Positions 39,431-48,603 are shown, counted from the first letter of the stretch. The stretch: DNA of 64,000 nucleotides from an uncultured delta proteobacterium (GCA_963778655.1 CAVZVA010000003.1:576001-640000), one strand, 5' to 3'. Translations and numbers: made by a program. The notes: a model not told the origin generated them from the letters alone.

Positions 39431-40291
39431 CTATGCGCGGCGCGCCCTACCGGTACCATCGGGTGGTTGCGGGCGATGCAGAAGGCCGTAGGAAGTGTCC
39501 ACGAGCTCCTGAGCGTCCGAGACATGTTCCGGTGGACATTCGCGAAGCACCTGCAACGCGAATGCCTTTGCTTCGTCGAGACGCTGATGGTCCACGAGAA
39601 AGGACCAGTATGTGTATCTCTTGACGAAGTAGTCGGGGGAATTCGCCGCTGTCGCCCGACTGGCGTTCAGCAGCTCGCGCCCAGCCAACTCGTCATCGCC
39701 GATCGCCTCGTAGAAGACACTCCGAAGGTAGTGCTGATGCGCAGGCTCATGGCCCCAGAAGAATGTCACATGGAACCGCAACGCGTCCACCAAGGTTCGA
39801 CGAAGGCCGACCCACTTCTGACCCTTCAGCGCCGGCAGCAGCTCGTCAGCAGCAGTCTCGAAGACAATGCTCCGGATGTCGTCGAAGAAGCTCACGTTAC
39901 CCGTAAGGTGAAACGTGGGCGCTCCCGACCTTGGGCCGGGCGCTACCGGCACTGGAAGAGTCAAGTAGACGATCGTCTTCCACGTGAGCTCAAGAAGGTC
40001 ACGATCACCAGCGTCGAGACGCGGTCGACTCCGTCGAGCTTCGGCCTCCCTGCGGACCTGCAGGTTGAGCTCTTCAAGACGCTCGCGGTACTCCTCGCGT
40101 AGATTCTCGGAGATCGGATATTCGGACGCTGTGCGGGGCTCCTCATCGTCAGCCGGAAGGACGAACCGCAGCCCAATCACCTGCTCCACCAAGGCAAGCG
40201 CCCTACGCAGAGTCCCGATGGATCGGTCGTCTCGCAGGAGGCGCCGGTATTCCGCGATCTGGCCCGGGGTGCTGGCGATCTTGACGTCCAT
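39431..40291 (-). CDS. Hypothetical protein (286 aa), helical/TPR-like C-terminus
   Basis: Long ORF with AGGAG-like RBS upstream; lower GC than the flanks by eye; no family recognised. Confidence 0.6.
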   Translation of the reverse strand: MDVKIASTPGQIAEYRRLLRDDRSIGTLRRALALVEQVIGLRFVLPADDEEPRTASEYPISENLREEYRERLEELNLQVRREAEARRSRPRLDAGDRDLLELTWKTIVYLTLPVPVAPGPRSGAPTFHLTGNVSFFDDIRSIVFETAADELLPALKGQKWVGLRRTLVDALRFHVTFFWGHEPAHQHYLRSVFYEAIGDDELAGRELLNASRATAANSPDYFVKRYTYWSFLVDHQRLDEAKAFALQVLRECPPEHVSDAQELVDTSYGLLHRPQPPDGTGRARRA

Positions 40292-40296
40292 CGTCG

Positions 40297-40509
40297 CTAG
40301 CCCTGGTGACTCCTCTTGGATTTCTTGCGTGCCAACTCGTTGAGTCTACGCAAAATCTGTCGCCGTTCCCGCGCTTTTCCAGGCTTGCCCAGCATTTCTC
40401 GCGCCAAACGCAATAGCCGGCGGATTTCTGCGGCTTTTACCTCCGGCGGAAGGTCGTGGTCCGGGTCATCTCCACCAAGAGTCGAACCCATGCCGACAGC
40501 TTCTACCAT
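40297..40509 (-). CDS. Small hypothetical protein (~70 aa), acidic N-terminus and basic helical C-terminus
   Basis: MVEAVGMGSTLGGDDPDHDLPPEVKAAEIRRLL...; stops 5 nt before the next ATG. Confidence 0.45.
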   Translation of the reverse strand: MVEAVGMGSTLGGDDPDHDLPPEVKAAEIRRLLRLAREMLGKPGKARERRQILRRLNELARKKSKRSHQG

Positions 40510-40576
40510 GAAGGATCGAGTGATACGCCTTGCCGCCTGAGCAACCAGCTCCTTCGGGCTCGCCGACTCCGTCGAT

Positions 40577-40795
40577 CTCGGCACACGCGCAAGGCCGGGA
40601 GGGGTCGGGGGGTGAGGGGGTGAGGGCGTACGCGCATGACAAGCGCCTGCGGGCAACGCCCGCTTGGCATGCGCGTCCGAGGGCGACTTGCGCGTCGTGG
40701 GAAAACCTCGCCGCCTCACCGCAACCGACGCAAGTGCAAGCCGCCCGTCCCGAACCCCCTCACCCCCCGACCCCTCCCGGCCGCCCAGCACGATC
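40577..40795 (+). repeat. ~215-bp structured repeat element, copy B
   Basis: 29-bp terminal inverted repeat GGCCGGGAGGGGTCGGGGGGTGAGGGGGT; near-identical to copy C. Confidence 0.9.
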
Positions 40796-40972
40796 TTCTG
40801 CCTCGTTTCCCAACGCGGCACCTCACCTCCCCTGCACGATCTTCCGCCTTCCGGCACGATCCAGCGTGATCTCAACCCGGCGGCCCCTTCTGCCGAGCAG
40901 GGCTTGCTGTCTAAACCGCCACGCTCGCGATGTCCGCGCCTGTTCGTTCGCCAACGCCCACGCGCCGCCAAG

Positions 40973-41190
40973 CTCGGCACCGCGCAAGGCCGGGAGGGGT
41001 CGGGGGGTGAGGGGGTGAGGGCGTACGCGCATGACAAGCGCCTGCGGGCAACACCCGCTTGGCATGCGCGTCCGAGGGCGGCTTGCGCGTCGCGGGAAAG
41101 CCTCGCCGCCTCACCGCAACCGACGCAAGTGCAAGCCGCCCGTCCCGAACCCCCTCACCCCCCGACCCCTCCCGGCCGCCCAGCACGATC
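40973..41190 (+). repeat. ~215-bp structured repeat element, copy C
   Basis: Direct repeat of copy B with a few substitutions. Confidence 0.9.
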
Positions 41191-41269
41191 CGTGCGCGGT
41201 GTTCGCGACGGCGACGACGAGCGCAACCTGCTCGGTCGCGGCCGGCGTTCGTTCACGCGTTGCGCGCCG

Positions 41270-42405
41270 CTATGGGCAGAAAGTGACCGGTGCGGTCAGG
41301 TCCATGTTCTTGAGGATGAAGCTGTACTTTTTCGGCTTGCCCCAGGTGCAGGCCGCGTCGAATTGGCCCGAGTTGTACTCGCACGCGAAGACCGGCTTGT
41401 TGGCGTCGATGTACGGCTGCATGTCCGAGCACCAGTTGCCGCCGGCGTAGCAGTCCTCGGTGAGCGCCCCGTCGTAGCTGGATTGAATGCTGGAGGTGAT
41501 CTCGGAGGCGTTCTTCTGCACGATCGCCATGTTGCGATCGTGACACTCGGTGGCCAGCCATTTCGCGTAGTCGACACCGTCGGACTGCGTGAGCGGAAAA
41601 CCTGAGTTGTCGCTGAACACGTCCATGTTGTCGGGCTCGACCGCGTCGAAGCCCTTGCTCTGGCAGACGTCGAGGCGCTTCGCCATGATGTCGCGCAACG
41701 CCTGGGCGCGGATGTCCACGAACTGCTCGCCGGGCCAGCCGGGGTAGTCGTTGCCCAGCACCGCCGCGGGGAAATCGCCCGCGTCTGGCCGCCAGTCCTC
41801 GTAGCTGCCGACGCTGACGTAGCAGATGACCTTCTTGCCGGCCTGGTGCAGCTGCGTAACGACGCTGGCGCTCTGCTCCCAGTCGATGTCGAAGACGTCG
41901 ACCGCGAGGCTCGGGTCGATCGTGCCGCCGCCGATCTGCCACTGCCAGGAGAGGCCCGCGGTCGGCTTCCACCAACTGCCGGCAGCGCTCGACCCACCCG
42001 TACCGCCGCCCGTGCCGCCCGTGCCGCCCGTGCCGCCCGTGCCGCCCGTGCCCGCGGTGCCGCCCGTGCCCGCGATGCCGCCCGCGGGCACACTGCCGCC
42101 GGTTCCAGTCGCACCGCCGGTGCCGGGGCTGGCAGCGCCGCCGGCCGTTCCGGCCACACCCGCGCCCGCACCGCTCTGGGCCGCTCCCCCGGTGGCCCCG
42201 CCGGTTCCGCCGCCCAACGTTCCGCCCGTACCGCCTGGGCCGGCGACGGCCGCACCGCCGCCCGCCTGGATCCCCGGCGTGCCTCCGCTGCCGGAGCCTC
42301 CGCCGACGCCCGGCGCGCCGGGGGGAAACCGGACGACGCGCCCGACGCTGCGCAAGCGGCCAGGGCGAACAAACCGATGACGGGTACTTTCGGCGCAAAG
42401 CTCAT
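41270..42405 (-). CDS. GH114 endo-alpha-1,4-polygalactosaminidase-like lipoprotein; signal peptide out of frame at a C6 tract
   Basis: WQWQI, ICYVSVGSYEDWRPD, KGFDAVEPDNMD, QKNA and ACEY motifs; Gly/Thr linker. MSFAPKVPVIGLFALAAC from ATG 42405 is in another frame. Confidence 0.85.
42001..42085. repeat. 9-bp tandem repeat (GTGCCGCCC)n encoding the GGT/GTG linker
   Basis: Directly visible tandem array. Confidence 0.8.
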
Positions 42406-42711
42406 GGCGATTCTTCCTGAAGCTGTCGCAGCACGCGTCGTCCGCAACGTGCCGCAGCTGGAGCCGAGTGCTCTCCCATACGGTACGTGGCATCCAACCC
42501 TCGAAACCTGGTCACCCATCGCACATTCAGCCCCTTCACCCGACCCCCGTTGCGCCCCAGCACGATTCTCTGCCCCTGCTGCCAGCGCGGCACCTCGCTT
42601 CCCAGCACGCTCTTCTGCCTCCCCTCCCGGCGCGATCTGCTGCTTCGCGTCCACCGCCTCGTGGTTCTGCGCGCGCCTGGCCTCCCCGCCAAACCGCAGT
42701 ACCCTTGCGCC

Positions 42712-43872
42712 GTGCCGCGCTCCCTGTTTCGCGCCACCACCCGCGAGCTCGCCCTGCGCCTCGACCGTGCGTTCACCGGGACCGCGCTCGCGCCTCGCGG
42801 GCCCACGGCGCTCGGCCACGACGAGCGGCTGCAAGCCCTTGCCCTGATCGAGCGTTTCTACGATCGCCCCGAGTACCTCGCCGATCCGAGCAGCTTCTTC
42901 GGCCGTGCCGATCCGATCGAGCCCGAGATCCAGCGCGTGCGCGGCCTCGGCCGCGACGGCGAGGTGCTCGAGCTGCGCTGGCCCAGCGCGTTCGAGCCGC
43001 TCTGGACCGACCAGGCGCTTGGCGACTTGCTCGCTGGCGACGCCGGCGGTCCTCCGCGCGCGCATCCCCCTTTCGATCGCAGCGGCAGCTTGCGCGACAA
43101 GTACCTCGCGGCGCGCGCGAACCGCACCGCGATGGCGCGCTGGTTTCGCCACACTGGCCCGCCACGCCCGTGCGCCGTGATGCTGCACGGCTTCATGGGC
43201 GGCACGCTTGTGCTCGAGGAACGCCTGTGGCCCGTGCGCAGGCTGTTCGCGGGCGGCATGGACGTCGTGCTCAGCGTGCTGCCCTTTCACGGCGCGCGCC
43301 GCGACCAGCGCCGCGGCCTGCGACCGCCTGCGTTTCCTTCGGGCGATCCGCGCTTCACGATCGAGGGCATGCGCCAGCTGGTGCGCGATCACCAAGCCCT
43401 ATTCCACTACCTCGAGCGCCGCGGCGCGCCCGCGCTGGGCGTGATGGGCATGAGCCTGGGCGGCTACGCCGCGGCGCTGCTCGCCACGCTCGACGCGCGC
43501 CTGCGCTTCGCGGTGCTGTTCGTCCCGCTGGCATCGATCGACGCGTTCGCGCACGAGCACGGACGCATGCTGGGCAGCGCGGCCGAGCAGCGCGCGCAGG
43601 CCGAGGCGCTGCGCCGCGCCCAGCGCGTGATAAGCCCGCTCGCACGCCCTTCCAAGGTGGCGCCCGGCAACGTGATCGTGATCGCCGGCGAGCACGACGC
43701 CGTGACCGGGCTTGCGCACTCGCGCCCGCTGGCGGAGCATTTCGGCGTCGAGGTGACCAGCTTTGCAGGCGGGCACTTGCTGCAGCTCGGCCGCGCGCGG
43801 GCGTTCGAGCCCGTGTTCGAGTTGCTCGCGCGCAGCGGGCTCTACACGCCGCGAGCCGCGGGCGCTCCCTGA
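42712..43872 (+). CDS. Alpha/beta hydrolase family protein
   Basis: LHGFMGG, LPFHGAR, GMSLGG, GEHD and GGH motifs; start GTG approximate. Confidence 0.82.
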   Translation: MPRSLFRATTRELALRLDRAFTGTALAPRGPTALGHDERLQALALIERFYDRPEYLADPSSFFGRADPIEPEIQRVRGLGRDGEVLELRWPSAFEPLWTDQALGDLLAGDAGGPPRAHPPFDRSGSLRDKYLAARANRTAMARWFRHTGPPRPCAVMLHGFMGGTLVLEERLWPVRRLFAGGMDVVLSVLPFHGARRDQRRGLRPPAFPSGDPRFTIEGMRQLVRDHQALFHYLERRGAPALGVMGMSLGGYAAALLATLDARLRFAVLFVPLASIDAFAHEHGRMLGSAAEQRAQAEALRRAQRVISPLARPSKVAPGNVIVIAGEHDAVTGLAHSRPLAEHFGVEVTSFAGGHLLQLGRARAFEPVFELLARSGLYTPRAAGAP

Positions 43873-44429
43873 TGCCGCGGCTCTTCACCGCAATCGACCT
43901 CGACCATTGCACCCGCGCCGAGCTCGAGCGCGCGCTGCGCCCCGTGCGCGAGCAAGCTCCCGCACAGTTGCGCTGGCTGGCGCCCGAGAGCTGGCACTTC
44001 ACACTGCAGTTTCTGGGCGCGGTGCAGGACGCTGCCGTGGCTGCGCTGGGCGACGCCTGCGCCCGCGCGGCCAGCGCGCAGGCACCGTTCGAGCTCGAGC
44101 TGTCGGGCGCCGGCACGTTCGCCTCGGCGCGCGCTGCGCGCGTGGTGTGGATCGGCGTGAGCCGAGGCGCCGAGGCGATGGCCGCGCTCTACGACGCGCT
44201 GACCGCGCAGACCGGGCCACTGGGCTTTCCACCCGAAGCGCGTCCCTACAGCCCGCATCTCACCGTCGCGCGCTGCAAGCGCCCGCTGCGCCTCGAAGCC
44301 TTGCTCGGCGCCGTAGAGCTTGTGCCGCTCGCCATACAGGTGTCCGAGCTCACGCTCTTCCGCTCGCATCTGTCGTCGCAAGGCGCGCGCTACGAAGCGC
44401 TGAGCCGCTACCCGCTGGGTCGGGGTTAG
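43872..44429 (+). CDS. thpR: RNA 2',3'-cyclic phosphodiesterase (2H family)
   Basis: RLFTAI plus two HxT motifs (WHFTLQFLG, PHLTVAR). Confidence 0.9.
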   Translation: MPRLFTAIDLDHCTRAELERALRPVREQAPAQLRWLAPESWHFTLQFLGAVQDAAVAALGDACARAASAQAPFELELSGAGTFASARAARVVWIGVSRGAEAMAALYDALTAQTGPLGFPPEARPYSPHLTVARCKRPLRLEALLGAVELVPLAIQVSELTLFRSHLSSQGARYEALSRYPLGRG

Positions 44430-44529
44430 GACCCGAGCCCGATCCCAGCCCGTAGGGCACGCGCGCGCCCGGCAACCAGCTCTGCGGCTTACGCGGCCGG
44501 CTCGCAGCCGACCCCGGGCAAGGGCCCGC

Positions 44530-44645
44530 ATTCACCATTTTCGTATTCTGAAGTTACGTATATGTCCCCAATATGATTCTGATAACCACTTGATATTACT
44601 TCAATCTATGTATTCTATTCGTATACAAAATTTTCCATGAGCTTC
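44530..44645. promoter_or_regulatory. AT-rich intergenic island upstream of the TIGR02147-like gene
   Basis: Strongly AT-rich versus the GC-rich flanks; TTGA-N7-TCAA (44590-44604) and TGTAT-N9-ATACA (44609-44627). Confidence 0.55.
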
Positions 44646-44683
44646 TTGATCGACAGACCCGTGCCCCGCATGCTGACACAGCG

Positions 44684-45562
44684 ATGGCAGCCAAGCGCAA
44701 GGCCCGCAGAAGCCCGGACAACGGCGTCAGCGTCTACGACTTCCTGGATTACCGGGCTTACCTGCGCGCCTATTACGAGGCGGCCAAGCGCGCCCGGCCG
44801 AGCTTTTCGTTTCGCCTGTTCTCGAAGCTCGCAGGCCTGCGCTCGCCGAACTTCTTGAAGCTGGTCATCGACGGCGAGCGCAACCTCGGCCCCGACTCGG
44901 TCGAGCGCTTCGCCGCGGCGCTCGGGCTCGAGCCGGGCGAGGCGGAGTTCTTTTCGGACCTGGTGGCCTTCGGCCAGGCACAGACGCTGGCGGCCAAGAA
45001 CCGCGCCTTCGAGCGCATCGCCGCCTCGCGCCGCTTCCGCCAGGCGCGCCGCATCGACGGCGAGCTGTTCGCGTATCTGTCGCACTGGTACAACCCCGCG
45101 ATTCGCGAGCTGGCGGCGCGCGAGGACTTCCAGGAAGAGCCGCGCTGGGTCGCCAGCCAGCTGTGCCCGCGCATCACGCCGGCCGAGGCGGCCGAAGCGA
45201 TGAAGCTGCTGCTCTCGCTCGGGCTGCTGGTGCGCGACGCCAAGAGCGGCCGCGTGGTGCGTGGCGAGCCCACGCTGACCACCGAGCACGAGGTGCGCTC
45301 GCTCGGCGCCGCGGCCTTTCACCGCCAGATGCTCGAGCGCGCAGGGCAAGCGATCGAATCGGTGCCGCGCGAGTTGCGCGACCTCGCGGCGCTCACGGTG
45401 TGCGTGAGCCCCGAGACCGCGGCGCAGGTCAAGCAGCGCATCCACCAGTTCCGCGAAACCATCACCGAGCTGTGCGACTCCGACGCGCACGGCCGCGTCG
45501 TCTATCAGCTCAACCTGCAGTGGTTTCCACTGTCGCGCTCCGAAAAGGACGAAGCCGAATGA
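44684..45562 (+). CDS. TIGR02147 family protein (N-terminal HTH-like region, DUF4423-like C-terminus)
   Basis: VYDFLDYRAYL, FSFRLFSKLAGLRSPNFLKLVIDGERNL, WYNPAIREL, FHRQML and VYQLNLQWFPL motifs. Confidence 0.88.
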   Translation: MAAKRKARRSPDNGVSVYDFLDYRAYLRAYYEAAKRARPSFSFRLFSKLAGLRSPNFLKLVIDGERNLGPDSVERFAAALGLEPGEAEFFSDLVAFGQAQTLAAKNRAFERIAASRRFRQARRIDGELFAYLSHWYNPAIRELAAREDFQEEPRWVASQLCPRITPAEAAEAMKLLLSLGLLVRDAKSGRVVRGEPTLTTEHEVRSLGAAAFHRQMLERAGQAIESVPRELRDLAALTVCVSPETAAQVKQRIHQFRETITELCDSDAHGRVVYQLNLQWFPLSRSEKDEAE

Positions 45563-46389
45563 AGCCTGCTCTCGCGCTGCTGGGATGCGCGCTCGCGCTG
45601 TCGGCCTGCGGCTCCACCGGGGTCGGCAATCCGGTGGAAGACCAGACGCTCGCGCTCGGGATCACCGTCGACGATGAGCACGCGACACCGGCGCCCGACG
45701 CGGCGCTGGCAGCGGACGCGGCCGCGGCCGCCGAGGACGACGGCGGCAGCGAAGCGACCGACGCCGGCAGCGGGGCGCCCGCGACCGATGCGGCGCTGCC
45801 GCGCGGCGCGGTGCTGGACGCGGTGCTCGTGCTGGGCGAGCTGCGCTGGCTGCCCTGCGACACGACCCGGCCGCCCACCGTGGTCCAGGGGCCGTTCGTG
45901 CTCGACTTGATCTCGCGGCGCAGCGAGCCGGCGATCCCGGCGGTCGAGGTCCCCGCGGGCGGCTACTGCGGGATCGACGCGCCGCTCGCTCCGGCGCGAC
46001 GCCAGGCCGCGCTGATCGGACGCTCGCTGTTCTTCGACGGCGTGCGGGCCGACGGCGCCGCGTTCATCGTGTACGCCGACATGCACGCCACGCTGCGCGT
46101 GCGTGCACCGCAGGCCGGCGGCTGGGACGCCGGCGCGAATCGGGCGCTGCTGTGGGCGTTCCGCCCGCGGCGCTGGCTCGCGCCGCCCGAGATCGACAGC
46201 GCCGAGACCACGCCCTGGGACGATCAGAGGCGCGCGGTGGTGATCGACGTGGATCGCCACCCCGCGCTGTTCCTCGCGATCCGCAAGCGTCTCGCGGGCA
46301 AGAGCACCATGTACGCGGATCGCGAGCGCGACGGCGTGGTGGACGCGATGGACGAGGTGGTCGGCTTCGGCTCGGACGACGCCGATTGA
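45559..46389 (+). CDS. Hypothetical lipoprotein (C-GSTGVGNP N-terminus)
   Basis: Lipobox LSAC; ATGA overlap with the TIGR02147 stop. Confidence 0.75.
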   Translation: MKPALALLGCALALSACGSTGVGNPVEDQTLALGITVDDEHATPAPDAALAADAAAAAEDDGGSEATDAGSGAPATDAALPRGAVLDAVLVLGELRWLPCDTTRPPTVVQGPFVLDLISRRSEPAIPAVEVPAGGYCGIDAPLAPARRQAALIGRSLFFDGVRADGAAFIVYADMHATLRVRAPQAGGWDAGANRALLWAFRPRRWLAPPEIDSAETTPWDDQRRAVVIDVDRHPALFLAIRKRLAGKSTMYADRERDGVVDAMDEVVGFGSDDAD

Positions 46390-46457
46390 AACAGGCTCGG
46401 CCCGGTGTGTGCCGGCGCCGCGGAAGGCCGCCAGGGCCGGAACAGAAGGAGCATGAC

Positions 46458-47618
46458 ATGACACGCGCAATCTACAGCCAACTCGCAATCGCCGTGCTGT
46501 GCGCGGCCGGCCTCGGCGCCTGTGCCGCCAACACGAGCTCATCGGGCAGCGACGCGCTCGAGGGCGTGCCCGAGCAAGCCGCCTACGAGCTGAGCGTCAG
46601 CGACGACACCGCCAGCGAAAGCCTGGCCGGAGACGATGACGCGATCGATCCAGCGGTCGATCAGAGCGCGCAGGCGCTCGACGAGCTGGGCGCCGCGCTC
46701 AGCTCGGATCCCGCGCCCGGCCTGGCGCACTGTCGCGAAGCGGTGAGCCATCTGAACCAGGCGCTGCGCAGGTTCATGCAGCCGATCGTCGCGCTGGTGC
46801 GCGGCATGGATCCGACCAGCACCGTGGGTAAGGTGCAGACCTGGGGCCCGCTCACGCGCGGCGCGACCGAGTTTCGCTTCATCCTGCGCCACGGCACGGC
46901 GCGCCATTACGGCTGGCTGCTGCAGGCGCGGCCCGCGGGCTCGAGCGACGGCTTCAAGAGCGTCGCGGCCGGAGGCATCACGGTCGGCTTCGCGCCGCGG
47001 CGTGGCGCCGGCAGCCTGGGGCTGAATCTCGACGCGCTCGCATATGCAGACCCGACCGTGCTCGCGCGCGGTACGCTGCTCGCCGCCTTCAAGCACGGGC
47101 CGGGCGGCAGCGTGCTCGGCTATGCGTTGCGCGACTTCACGCCCGACCCCGCCGCGGCCGATCCGATCAACGCGCTGGCTCAGGACGTGCGGCTGCCCGC
47201 CGGCTACAACCGGCTGCGCCTGGCGTATCGCGGCAACCTGCCGGAGACGTCCACCGATGCGCAGGAGCTGGTGCTCGCCCGGGTGCGCCACAAGCGCGGC
47301 GTGGGCGGGCGCGCGGACTTCGTGGTGAGCGGCGGAGACATCGCAGACGGCAAGCTCTGGGTGGTGAGCGAGTGCTGGGACAAAGCGCTGCAATCGGCGT
47401 TCCGCAGCGTGCGCGAGTGCCCCGGAGACGGCATCGGCAGCGACCGCTGCACGGTGGTCCACACCCGCGGCGATGCCGCGGCCTGCGCCGCGCTGGTGAG
47501 CGACGCCGAGCTGCCGCCCGCCGATGCCAGCGCGCCGATGCCCGACCCGCAGAGCCCGGAGGGCGACGTCACGCCGCCCGACTCGATGCCCGACGGCGCG
47601 GCCCCGTCCGGCGGTTGA
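46458..47618 (+). CDS. Hypothetical lipoprotein
   Basis: AAGGAG RBS; lipobox LGAC; Cys-rich C-terminus (SECWD...). Confidence 0.75.
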   Translation: MTRAIYSQLAIAVLCAAGLGACAANTSSSGSDALEGVPEQAAYELSVSDDTASESLAGDDDAIDPAVDQSAQALDELGAALSSDPAPGLAHCREAVSHLNQALRRFMQPIVALVRGMDPTSTVGKVQTWGPLTRGATEFRFILRHGTARHYGWLLQARPAGSSDGFKSVAAGGITVGFAPRRGAGSLGLNLDALAYADPTVLARGTLLAAFKHGPGGSVLGYALRDFTPDPAAADPINALAQDVRLPAGYNRLRLAYRGNLPETSTDAQELVLARVRHKRGVGGRADFVVSGGDIADGKLWVVSECWDKALQSAFRSVRECPGDGIGSDRCTVVHTRGDAAACAALVSDAELPPADASAPMPDPQSPEGDVTPPDSMPDGAAPSGG

Positions 47619-48012
47619 CGCTGCCGGCGCCGCGTTCGCCGGTGCGCCGCGCCACGCGCGGGCGCCGGCGAACGGGCGCGGCGGCGCCCGCCCGATCGCG
47701 CCGCCGCTACAGGGGAATGGTGTCCGCCAGCCGGCGGAGGGACGCCGGGGAAGTCGTGCTTGGGGCGCCCGTTGTCGGCATCCGACCCCGATGCCGCGCT
47801 GCGGCGACTGTAAGGGGCATGCAGCAGCACCTAGGCGAGATCAGCCGGGGCGGGCACGCGCAGCGCGCGGCCGATCGAGAGGTGCCCTCGGGGTTGCTTG
47901 CTCGCGCTCGCGTTCACGCACCCGGGCCAGCGCGCGCTGGGCCTCGACAGCGTGCTCTTCCCGTGTTCCTACCTTACTGTTGCGTCTCCGCAACACCGGA
48001 CAGGTGCAGCGG

Positions 48013-48159
48013 TCAGGCGGGCGCGGGGCGGGTGGCGTTGAGCGCCGAGCCGGCGTGAAACCACTCCAGCTGCGGCCGGCTGTAGGAGTGGCCCAGCCAC
48101 AGGCGCTCGCGGCTCCCGTCGGCGTGCTGCAGCAGGCACTCGACCGGTTCTCGGGCGAG
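48013..48159 (-). pseudogene. 3'-terminal fragment of aconitate hydratase
   Basis: Manual translation: LAREPVECLLQHADGSRERLWLGHSYSRPQLEWFHAGSALNATRPAPA*. HS...QLEWF.AGSALN matches the aconitase swivel-domain C-terminus. Confidence 0.7.
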
Positions 48160-48160
48160 A

Positions 48161-48603
48161 AACATCGCGGGTCCGCGCCACCCTGAGCTGGTCGACCTAC
48201 CGCTGCTCGAGGACCGCTTCGTGCTGATCTGCCGTGACGATCACCCGCTGGCGAGCCGCAAGCGGCTGCCGTGGCGCGCGCTCGAGCCGCACCCGCTGGT
48301 GTTCGTGGGCGCCGAGAGCGGCAACCGCCCGCTGCTCGACAGCGCGCTCGCGACGCAGGACCTGCGCCTGCAGGCGCACTACGAGGTGCAGCGCAGCTCG
48401 ACTGCGGTCGGCCTGGTCGCGGCAGGCGTCGCGGCCGCGGTGGTGCCGAGCCTGGCGCTGCAGCGCGGCGCCTATCCCAACCTGCGCGTGGTCCCGCTGC
48501 ACCAGCCCGTGGTGTCGCGGAAGCTGGTGCTGGTGTCGCGCAGGGGCGCGCAGCTCTCGCCCGCGCGCAGGCGCTGTTCGAGCTGATCCTCAGCCGCGGC
48601 TGA
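48161..48603 (+). pseudogene. 5'-truncated LysR substrate-binding domain fragment, frameshifted near 48562
   Basis: NIAGPRHPELVDLPLLEDRFVLICRDDHPLA...TAVGLVAAG...RRGAQLSP, continuing as AQALFELILSRG in another frame; no HTH or start codon. Confidence 0.8.

Noticed and set aside
40577..41190. CRISPR array interpretation of the B/C direct repeats
   Set aside because: Repeats are ~215 bp, only two are in tandem, the spacer is ~180 bp, and no cas genes are present.
40297..41605. Long ORFs (40297-41037, 40530-41018, 40664-41605) running through the repeats
   Set aside because: They translate the GC-rich repeat into low-complexity Pro/Arg sequence. The variation between copies preserves base pairing, not codons.
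47620..48010. Coding region between the lipoprotein and the aconitase remnant
   Set aside because: No frame gives a recognisable protein or convincing start; left unannotated.
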